The position numbers and the translations under genes were made by a program. Under the pieces are notes generated by a model. The model had not been told where the DNA came from and did not search any database. It was given only the letters and a program-made list of their open reading frames with translations. Shown piece after piece: positions 56,636 through 64,000 of a DNA stretch of 64,000 nucleotides (the first letter of the stretch is position 1; each line of letters begins with the position of its first letter). This DNA is from Candidatus Latescibacterota bacterium (GTDB lineage Bacteria; Latescibacterota; UBA2968; UBA8231): contig OY730476.1 of NCBI GenBank assembly GCA_963422735.1, forward strand, positions 4,800,001 through 4,864,000, read 5' to 3'.

Positions 56636-58666
56636 ATGAGGATCATGCTAGGGCGAAATCTATTGCGGGGTCTAAGTATAGCGGCTTGTTGCACCAGTGC
56701 CGCTTGGGGCCGGGCCGAATTTCACATCGGCGGGCCGACGGGTGCTTCTTGGCAGGGGCTGATCACCGACGAACAGACCGAGTATAACATCGTTGACGAC
56801 CAAGGCGAGGTCTTGGGTGCGCTTCCCATTGCCATCGGTGCGGAAGAAGCGGGCGTCGATACTATGATCACCTACGACGGCAACGCCATCCAGCCAATAT
56901 GGGTCGATCCGTCCGTCAACCTCGCGTTAGACGAGCATTTGGCCGAGCGTGGCGGCAACCTCTACACCAGCGTCTCTACCGGCTATACCCGCGAGGCGGC
57001 CAAAGAGGTCCAAGTGATGATCGACGGCGACCCGGAAACGGCGACCTTGCGGCAGGTCGATATCTCACCGCGCTTGGCTGGCCTCAATATCGGCTACGTA
57101 AAAAATACGGTCGTCAACTTGGGGGCCGAAATGCCGGTCAACCGCATCCGCTTCTATCCGCGCCCGGGCTTTGAGGAAAACTACTTGGCTTGGTACGAAA
57201 TCGGCGTGGCCGACAACGCCGCGCCTTTTATGGCCTCGCCCCAAGAGCGCGCCCCGGGCAAGCGCTGGTACCAAGATATCAGTCGCTCGCTCACCTCGAC
57301 CAATGACCCGGAATTCGACGTCCTAGAACGCAACGTTGAAAACCTCGACCACGTCGTGGATTTGCGCTTTCTCACGCGCGACTTGCGCTGGGTCGCCATT
57401 CGCCCGGTCAACCCCGAGCGCACTTGGGAGATCGCCGAAATGGAGGTGTACGGCGAGGGCTTCGTCACCAAGACCTCCTATCGCACGGGCGTGTTGGACT
57501 TTGGCCGCCCGGTGGCTTGGAGTAAGATCCGCTGGCAGGGCGAGGTGCCCGAAGGCACTCGGCTCGTGTTGCGCACGCGCACCGGCACCACGCCACAGCC
57601 CAATCTATTTTGGAAAATCGGCAGCACTGGCAACTTTGAGCGAGTGTCCAAAGACGAGTACACCACGACCTACCAAGTGGGTCGGTTCAACCAGATCCAA
57701 GCGACGTACGACGTAGAAAACTGGAGCTTCTGGTCAACGCCCTACGACTTTGCGGCCGGGCTGCACAACCCAGAGGCCGCAGGCTGGGAGGACGGAACAC
57801 CGCTCCTCTCGCCCGGACCCAGCCGCTACTTGCAGCTAGAGGTGGTCATGTTCTCGGACGGGGACAAAGCGCCGCGCATAGACGAGATGTCCCTGCTGTT
57901 TGCCGAAGATCCCGCGGCTCAAAGCGCGATCGCCGAGATCTGGCCGGTTGAGACCGAAAACTTTGAGCCGCAGACTTTCACCTATGTGGTGCGACCCGTG
58001 CTCGAAGAAGGTGACCGGGGCTTCGACCGGCTGGAGATCTTCACCCAAGTCCCGGCCGAAGCCGTACATTCGGTCGCGGTCGATGGCCGGGAAATCATCG
58101 ACCGCTTCCCGCCCAAGATAGAGAAAGACCGGATCGTCATTAGCTTTGAGCCATTTATTGCGCCGCGCGACAACGAGCGCCGCATCGAGGTCGTCTTCGA
58201 CGCCAAGGTGCTGCGCTTTGGCGCGGAATTCATCGGTTGGGTTTACGACAGCACCGAGCCCGAGCTAAAGCAGCAAGTCCGGCCCGGCAACTCGACTTTT
58301 CGCTTTGCTGGCGACGCCCTCTCGGTGCGCACGCCCGTCGGCGGCGAACTCGTGCGAAAAGTCACCGCGCATCCCACGACGCTCACGCCCAATGGCGACG
58401 GGATTAACGATCAGACCATGATTTCGTACGATCTGCGCAACATCGGCGCGCCGCGCCAGATCGCTTTGCGGATTTTCGACCTGTCCGGCCGGCTGGTGCG
58501 CGAGGTGATCTCCACGCCAGCCGTCAGCGGCAGCTTTGCAGCGGCTTGGGATGGCCGCCGCACAGAGGGAGATTTAGTCGCTCCGGGCGTGTACCTCTAC
58601 CAAGTCGATCTAACCACCGATAAGGGCCTCTCAGCAGCCGCGGGTACCGTAGCTGTGGCCTACTGA
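56636..58666 (+). CDS. Secreted protein with a discoidin-like domain and a C-terminal FlgD-Ig/CHU_C-like domain
   Basis: Signal peptide. MIDGDPET, NLGAEMPVNRIRFYPR, LRTRTG, WSFWS, SPGPSRYLQ, LTPNGDGIND...WDGRRTEGDLVAPGVY...VAVAY. Confidence 0.78.
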   Translation: MRIMLGRNLLRGLSIAACCTSAAWGRAEFHIGGPTGASWQGLITDEQTEYNIVDDQGEVLGALPIAIGAEEAGVDTMITYDGNAIQPIWVDPSVNLALDEHLAERGGNLYTSVSTGYTREAAKEVQVMIDGDPETATLRQVDISPRLAGLNIGYVKNTVVNLGAEMPVNRIRFYPRPGFEENYLAWYEIGVADNAAPFMASPQERAPGKRWYQDISRSLTSTNDPEFDVLERNVENLDHVVDLRFLTRDLRWVAIRPVNPERTWEIAEMEVYGEGFVTKTSYRTGVLDFGRPVAWSKIRWQGEVPEGTRLVLRTRTGTTPQPNLFWKIGSTGNFERVSKDEYTTTYQVGRFNQIQATYDVENWSFWSTPYDFAAGLHNPEAAGWEDGTPLLSPGPSRYLQLEVVMFSDGDKAPRIDEMSLLFAEDPAAQSAIAEIWPVETENFEPQTFTYVVRPVLEEGDRGFDRLEIFTQVPAEAVHSVAVDGREIIDRFPPKIEKDRIVISFEPFIAPRDNERRIEVVFDAKVLRFGAEFIGWVYDSTEPELKQQVRPGNSTFRFAGDALSVRTPVGGELVRKVTAHPTTLTPNGDGINDQTMISYDLRNIGAPRQIALRIFDLSGRLVREVISTPAVSGSFAAAWDGRRTEGDLVAPGVYLYQVDLTTDKGLSAAAGTVAVAY

Positions 58667-58673
58667 GCGAGCA

Positions 58674-61286
58674 ATGGCAGAAACTGCGAAACGCATCTGC
58701 AAGGCCGCCCTACTTTTGTGGGTTATTAGCGGCGGCTCGGCCACAGCCCAAATCGGGCTGCAATCGCTGGCTTCTCCAGGCCCGGAAGCCCTCGACCCGG
58801 CGATGCGCCGCTGGTACGTACCCCAAGAGCTGGTCGCCGAACACCACTGGCGGCAGTGGAGTGCCACCAACTACGCACGCGCCCCCTATCAGCGGTATGT
58901 CAGTACCAGCATCGAAGGAGATTACTTCTACGACGCCTTTGGCAACTTCCTCAATCAGGGCTGGCTAATATATAATGTATCCCAGTCCAACCCCGAGGAG
59001 TTTGGCACCGTATTGTTCGAGGCCCAGCACTTCCGCAACTGGTTTTCCGAGGTTGCCGTGGCCTCTGAGCATAAAGGGCAATACGCCTACGCCCTGACCA
59101 TCAGCAGCGATCTGCGCACCACCTTGACGCCCATGGTGCTGTCCAAACCGCGCCTCGATGGTGTGCAGTTCGACTTTGCCATGGACAAGTACCGGGGCAC
59201 GTTCCTCTACGCACAGGCCAGTGCCCCGCGCGGCATCACCAATCAAGAGCTACGTCGCACCAATTCCACCACCTTGATCGGGGGGCGCTTTGAGGTGCAA
59301 ATCGGCGATTTTGTCGAGCTCGGCGTCCACAGCGCCAACGCCCATCAAGCCAACTCCCTCTCGGAAGAGGCCCTGTTGAGCAATTGGGTAACCGGGTCGC
59401 TGACTCAAGGCCAGAACCGAACCATCTCTCGCATCGAAATCGCGCTGCGCGACGACTCGCCCGACGATGGCGTGGGCGGCGCAGCGTATTTTCCGGCTGG
59501 CTCGGATATCTTCATCACCTATCGGGATGGCCGCGTGGATTCGGGCCGCGAGATCCGCTTTGAACCTGTGGTGGAGGGGGGCGCACCCCGCCCGGGCTTT
59601 GTCGAGGCCAACGGCAACGACGAAATCCGCCTCCGCTACGACTTCGACAGCGCGAGTTTCATCAACCGGGCCGCGGCCGACAAGACCGAAATCGTCAAGG
59701 TGGAATTCCGCCTAGTGGTCGCCAACGACTATCAGGTCTGGATGACCTCTGACCAGCAGACTAGCGCCGGCGAGCCCGTGTTCCTGCTAGTGACGCAAGC
59801 GCGGGGCAACATCAAGGACTTGTCCAACTTGCGCGTCATCAGCTTTGATGCCGGGCTGCCGACGGCGACCCACATTCTCGGTGGTACGGTGACGGCCAGC
59901 GATGTGATGGGCTTCGACCTGTACGGCGAGTACGACATCAATTGGAACTACCGCAAGTATCCCAACATCCTCGTCGAAGAACACCACACCTCAGCTGGCA
60001 TTGTCGGCGCGCGCAGAGCACCGGCCTATATGCTCAATCTGTCTCGCCAGTGGTCCCGCTTCTTCATCTACGGCGAAGCCTATCAGATGGACTCGCGCTA
60101 CAACACCCAAACTTTCGTCACTCAAGACGACGGCAGCATCGACTACCAAAACGATCGCAGCCTCATGGATCTCGTGGAAGACAACGACGATCAAGACCGG
60201 GTACCAGACACCTTTCGAGCCGACTGGGCCTTCCCAGACCGCCAAGTCTTTCCGGGCTGGGACCAGAACAACGACTTCGTACCCGACATCAACCAAAACG
60301 ACAGCCGAGTGCGCACCAATTCGATCCCGGACTACGAAGAGCCTTTCCTGCGCTTTGCAGTAGATCGGCCCGAATTCCTCTTCGGCGTTGACATGAACAA
60401 CAACTTCTGGACCGACCAATACGAAAACGACCAAGAGCCGGATTACCCCTACAAGCGCGACCATCAAGGTTACAACGCGTACGTCGGCACCTACTTGGCT
60501 CCGCAGCTAAAGATCATCGCCGGCCTCCTGCGCGAGACTCGCATCTCTTCCAACCAGAAAAACCACAGCGCGTACGCCCTCCTGCGGTTCGACCGGAGCT
60601 GGGCGCGCTACGGCGATTTTCGCCTCTTCGGCATGACCAAGCGCGTGGAGGACGACATTGCCGACCCGCTCTTGCAGTGGGCGCCCGACAACACGCTGCG
60701 CCTCGGCACGTTGACCGCAATCGACGATCCGCTGCTGGCCCGCGACACTTGGATCAACCAGCTCTTCCTCGGCCACAATGTGCGCGCCTTTTCGCTGAAC
60801 CTGCAGAGCAAGGTCAACTATGTGGTCTTTCACCAGCTCATGGACGCCGAGCGTCGGCAGCACTGGGGCCTAGCCGAGACGGATTTTTTCTTGGGGATGA
60901 TCAACAAGGCCCACTACCGCCATGCGCTCGGCCCCCTCTATTTAGAGCCGCGCTGGAAGAGCGAGTTCATCAAGCAGAGCCGCGACCTGTTCACGGACGA
61001 GCGCCGGACGAGTATAGCGGAACTCTTCTCGCTATTGGCAGGCACCGATGTCCTAGAGATCACTAAGCTACAAGCGGGTCTAGAGTACCTGATCTTCGAC
61101 GATTTCGACGTGGACGCCAACGACTTCACAGCGCTGACCGGCGGCATTCAGTTCAAGAACGAATCGGCCTACCAAGGCTACAAGCTACAGACCGTGATCG
61201 GGCTGGTGCTAGAGCGCAAAAATTTCAAGGATGCCCCATCGCGCACCGAGACCCAATCCTTCATTGCCGTTTACGCGGGGATTTAA
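58674..61286 (+). CDS. Uncharacterised exported protein, predicted outer-membrane beta-barrel (paralog B)
   Basis: Colinear with 49913-52582 (LDPA.RRWYVPQEL, GDYFYD, KPR.DGVQFD, DNDDQDR.PD, LEPRWKSEF). Ends SFIAVYAGI. Confidence 0.7.
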   Translation: MAETAKRICKAALLLWVISGGSATAQIGLQSLASPGPEALDPAMRRWYVPQELVAEHHWRQWSATNYARAPYQRYVSTSIEGDYFYDAFGNFLNQGWLIYNVSQSNPEEFGTVLFEAQHFRNWFSEVAVASEHKGQYAYALTISSDLRTTLTPMVLSKPRLDGVQFDFAMDKYRGTFLYAQASAPRGITNQELRRTNSTTLIGGRFEVQIGDFVELGVHSANAHQANSLSEEALLSNWVTGSLTQGQNRTISRIEIALRDDSPDDGVGGAAYFPAGSDIFITYRDGRVDSGREIRFEPVVEGGAPRPGFVEANGNDEIRLRYDFDSASFINRAAADKTEIVKVEFRLVVANDYQVWMTSDQQTSAGEPVFLLVTQARGNIKDLSNLRVISFDAGLPTATHILGGTVTASDVMGFDLYGEYDINWNYRKYPNILVEEHHTSAGIVGARRAPAYMLNLSRQWSRFFIYGEAYQMDSRYNTQTFVTQDDGSIDYQNDRSLMDLVEDNDDQDRVPDTFRADWAFPDRQVFPGWDQNNDFVPDINQNDSRVRTNSIPDYEEPFLRFAVDRPEFLFGVDMNNNFWTDQYENDQEPDYPYKRDHQGYNAYVGTYLAPQLKIIAGLLRETRISSNQKNHSAYALLRFDRSWARYGDFRLFGMTKRVEDDIADPLLQWAPDNTLRLGTLTAIDDPLLARDTWINQLFLGHNVRAFSLNLQSKVNYVVFHQLMDAERRQHWGLAETDFFLGMINKAHYRHALGPLYLEPRWKSEFIKQSRDLFTDERRTSIAELFSLLAGTDVLEITKLQAGLEYLIFDDFDVDANDFTALTGGIQFKNESAYQGYKLQTVIGLVLERKNFKDAPSRTETQSFIAVYAGI

Positions 61287-61289
61287 GCC

Positions 61290-61319
61290 TTGACGTACGC
61301 TTTTGCGGGCACGTATATT
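61290..61319 (+). promoter_or_regulatory. Putative sigma70-type promoter for the duplicated gene pair
   Basis: TTGACG-18 bp-TATATT about 100 bp upstream of ATG 61421; GGAGG RBS. Confidence 0.55.
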
Positions 61320-61420
61320 GGATTTTTTTATTTTGTTGCGGAACCAAGAAGGCGGCACGGGTTGCCGCGTTTTCTCTTTTTATTTCAATTTCACCCCTAT
61401 CTCGTGGAGGTAACTTCACC

Positions 61421-62314
61421 ATGAAAAAGATCTTCACCACCGCCTTTGCCTCGTTGGGCCTTGTGGTTGCCGCTCAAGCTCACGAGCCGCCTGGCGAGCT
61501 GTTGGTCGCCGTGAACTTTCCCGATGCCAACGTGCCCGTCATCGATGGCAACGCCGGCGAGTGGGCTCCCGTGCCCCTCGACCAGTACGGAATTTTTAGC
61601 GAGAGCCTGTATTCGCTTGAAGGTTTTGCCGGCGAGAACGTCGACCGCGGCGGGCTGGACGCTAGCTCGCTGCAGATCCGCCACATCGTCGGCTGGAACG
61701 ACGCGACCAACAACATCTATTTCACTACCCGCGTCTTCGACGATAGACACGTCACCCAGCGTCAGGATCCCGGCAGGTTCTACTGGGATGACAGCGTCGA
61801 ATACGAGGTCAATGCTCAGCATCAGGCCCCCGAGGACCAGAACCCCGGCGACGATGCCACTAACTTCAGCTACAAGTTCGCCTTCCCGGTTTTTCAGGAG
61901 ACCTTTGAGTGGTATCGCCCCAACCGCAACCTATCTTGGCTGACCAGCGGCTCGCAGTGGGTCGAGATCGCCCATAGCTTCACAGGAGACGAGTTTGGCG
62001 AGAGCACGTACGACTACGAGATCCGCATCCTGCCGATCGATCGGATGCCGCGCTCAGAGGAGGCTACCGAAGACCAGGTTGAAGTCCACGACCTGATCGA
62101 GGGCGAGGTCATCCACGTCACGGCAACAGTCAACGAAGTCGATGGGGGTGAAGGCGAAGGAGACAACCGCATCGGCCAGTGGAGCACCCACCCCCTTTCG
62201 TGCTGCCACGCTGGCCAAGACTTGCTGCTAACCCCGGCCGATCCCAACATCGACTGGGGCACGGCCACGGCCGTCGAGGCGAGTAGCTGGGGCCGGATCA
62301 AGGCCCAGTTCTAG
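61421..62314 (+). CDS. Secreted CBM9/DOMON-like putative sugar-binding protein with a C-terminal AVEASSWGRIK motif (copy 1)
   Basis: Signal peptide (AQA-HEPP). PVIDG....W, VGWN...IYF..RVFDD, WDDSVEY. Tail TAVEASSWGRIKAQF. Confidence 0.72.
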   Translation: MKKIFTTAFASLGLVVAAQAHEPPGELLVAVNFPDANVPVIDGNAGEWAPVPLDQYGIFSESLYSLEGFAGENVDRGGLDASSLQIRHIVGWNDATNNIYFTTRVFDDRHVTQRQDPGRFYWDDSVEYEVNAQHQAPEDQNPGDDATNFSYKFAFPVFQETFEWYRPNRNLSWLTSGSQWVEIAHSFTGDEFGESTYDYEIRILPIDRMPRSEEATEDQVEVHDLIEGEVIHVTATVNEVDGGEGEGDNRIGQWSTHPLSCCHAGQDLLLTPADPNIDWGTATAVEASSWGRIKAQF

Positions 62315-62472
62315 GCAGTTTCGTCTCAATCGCAGTACCATTCGGGCAGGTTGCGCTACGTGCGGGCACGTATATTGAATTTTTTCTTTTTGTTGCGAAA
62401 CCGAGAAAGTGGCCGGGTGGCCGCGCCTTCTCTGTCCTTTATTTTTCCCTATTTCTTGGAGGTAGTTTCACC

Positions 62473-63366
62473 ATGAAAAAGATCTTCACTACTGCCTTTG
62501 CCTCGTTGGGCCTTGTGGTTGCCGCCCAAGCTCACGAGCCGCCTGGCGAGCTGTTGGTCGCCGTGAACTTTCCCGATGCCAACGTGCCCGTCATCGATGG
62601 CAACGCCGGCGAGTGGGCTCCCGTGCCCCTCGACCAGTACGGGATTTTCAGCGAGTCTTTGTTCTCGATCCACGGCTTTGCCGGCGAGAACGTCGACCGC
62701 GGCGGGCTGGACGCCAGCTCAATGCAGATCCGCCACATCGTCGGCTGGAACGACGCGACCAACAACGTGTACATCACCAGTCGCGTCTTCGACAACATTC
62801 ACATTACTCAGCGCCAAGACCCGGGCAAATTCTTCTGGGATGACAGCGTCGAGTACGAGCTCAACGCTGCACACCAAGCCCGCGACGACCAGAATCCCGG
62901 CGACGATGCGACCGGCTTTAGCTACAAGTTCGCCTTCCCGGTTTTTCAGGAGACCTTTGAGTGGTATCGGCCGATCCTCAACCTGCCGTGGATGACCAGC
63001 GGCTCTCAGTATATCGAGATCGCCCATAGCTTCACAGGCGACGAGTTCGGCGAGAGCACGTACGACTACGAGGCCCGCATCCTGCCGATCGAGCGGATGC
63101 CGCGCTCGGATGAGGCCACCGAAGACCAGGTTGAGATCCACGACCTGGCCGAGGGCGAGGTCATTCACATCACGCTGACGGTCAACGACGTCGATGGCGG
63201 CGAAGGCGACGGCGACAACCGCATCGGCATGTGGAGTACCAACCCCATTTCGTGCTGCCACGCTGGCCAAGACTTGCTGCTAGCTCCGGCCGATCCCAAC
63301 ATCGACTGGGGCGCGGCCACGGCCGTCGAGGCGAGTAGCTGGGGCCGGATCAAGTCCCAGTTCTAG
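62473..63366 (+). CDS. Secreted CBM9/DOMON-like putative sugar-binding protein with a C-terminal AVEASSWGRIK motif (copy 2)
   Basis: Same length (297 aa) and colinear with copy 1. Identical N-terminus, scattered substitutions in the core. Confidence 0.72.
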   Translation: MKKIFTTAFASLGLVVAAQAHEPPGELLVAVNFPDANVPVIDGNAGEWAPVPLDQYGIFSESLFSIHGFAGENVDRGGLDASSMQIRHIVGWNDATNNVYITSRVFDNIHITQRQDPGKFFWDDSVEYELNAAHQARDDQNPGDDATGFSYKFAFPVFQETFEWYRPILNLPWMTSGSQYIEIAHSFTGDEFGESTYDYEARILPIERMPRSDEATEDQVEIHDLAEGEVIHITLTVNDVDGGEGDGDNRIGMWSTNPISCCHAGQDLLLAPADPNIDWGAATAVEASSWGRIKSQF

Positions 63367-63395
63367 GCAGTTTTATCTCAATCGCAGTACCATTC

Positions 63396-63438
63396 CGGGC
63401 AGGTCCCGCCTAGGTGCGGGGCCTGCCCGAATATTTTA
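63396..63438 (+). terminator. Putative intrinsic terminator hairpin
   Basis: CGGGCAGG-TCCCGC-CTAGGT-GCGGG-G-CCTGCCCG followed by AATATTTT, about 30 bp after the stop of copy 2. Confidence 0.6.
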
Positions 63439-63447
63439 GGAGGCTAT

Positions 63448-64000
63448 ATGCTCACCGAGGAACAGGTCGATTTCTACCGCGAGAATGGCTATCTCATCGT
63501 CGAGGATGTGTTGCATCCGGACGAGTTGGAGGAGGCACACGCGATTGTCGATGACTTCGTCGAGCAGTCGCGGCACGTCTCCGAGCAGAGCGGGCACTTC
63601 GACCTAGAGCCGGATCACACCCCGGAAAACCCCAAGGTGCGCCGCTTGAGTGCGCCGGCTAGTTATCACCCCTTCTTCGGCGGATTGATGCGCGACAGCC
63701 GCATTCTGGATAGGTTGACGCGACTGATCGGCAGTGCCATTCGCGCCCAAGGCGACAAGCTCAATATGAAACCTGCCGACGGCGGCAGCCCGGTCGAGTG
63801 GCACCAAGACTTTGCCCACTACCCACACACCAACGACGATTTGTGCGCCGTAGGCATTGCCCTAGACGACGCCACCCAAGAAAACGGCTGCATGATGGTA
63901 GTGCCCGGCTCGCACCGGGGACCGATCCTCGATCACCACCAAGATGACTACTTCATCGGGGCCATCAGCCCGGACCGTGACCATATTGACCTCTCGTCGG
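63448..64000 (+). CDS. Phytanoyl-CoA dioxygenase (PhyH) family protein (partial, runs off the window end)
   Basis: Manual translation: AGGAGG RBS, MLTEEQVDFYRENGYLIVEDVL...KLNMKP...VEWHQDF...IALDDATQENGCMMVVPGSH. Confidence 0.92.
   Translation, partial: MLTEEQVDFYRENGYLIVEDVLHPDELEEAHAIVDDFVEQSRHVSEQSGHFDLEPDHTPENPKVRRLSAPASYHPFFGGLMRDSRILDRLTRLIGSAIRAQGDKLNMKPADGGSPVEWHQDFAHYPHTNDDLCAVGIALDDATQENGCMMVVPGSHRGPILDHHQDDYFIGAISPDRDHIDLSS

Larger units (their letters stand above)
61304..63420 (+). repeat. Tandem duplication of a ~1.05-kb unit (61304-62360 and 62361-63414)
   Basis: The leader, CDS and 3' flank are all duplicated. TGCGGG occurs at all three boundaries (61304, 62361, 63415). Confidence 0.92.

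Noticed and set aside
61421-63366. Diversity-generating retroelement template/variable repeat pair
   Set aside because: Both copies are full genes, the differences are not adenine-specific, and no reverse transcriptase is present.

Overview
GC-rich bacterial chromosome segment with no rRNA, tRNA or CRISPR array that I can see. The gene content (CRTAC1/ASPIC-UnbV proteins, DUF6785-type membrane proteins, PhyH dioxygenases, aldo/keto reductases, secreted proteins with a WGRIK tail) suggests a Latescibacterota/Gemmatimonadota-like organism, possibly a sponge symbiont; this is inference only. Main blocks: (i) a TPR/CRTAC1/HAD/FGE-like operon at 0.9-7.7 kb; (ii) an eroded BfiI-type R-M remnant at about 7.8-8.6 kb; (iii) an Opp/Dpp-type ABC operon; (iv) two intact low-GC type II R-M cassettes, an MvaI/BcnI-type one flanked by direct-repeat antitoxin remnants and an EcoO109I/PmeII-type one; (v) sugar catabolism genes (GH116, AKRs, Gfo/Idh/MocA) near three DUF6785-type paralogs; (vi) an 18-kb envelope locus at 45.2-63.4 kb. 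In that locus three secreted proteins with a TPNGDxxND/FlgD-Ig C-terminus are followed by two paralogous ~880-aa predicted outer-membrane proteins, alongside a PPIase lipoprotein, a GT-C/TPR protein and a tandem-duplicated WGRIK-tailed protein. It is the best candidate for an undescribed export or surface-display system. Intergenic DNA carries polarised heptamer arrays (GTGGTCA/ACTAACC family), GTAG-type REP elements and debris of TA, TnpB and YWTD-repeat genes. All family assignments come from motif recognition by eye, not from database searches.
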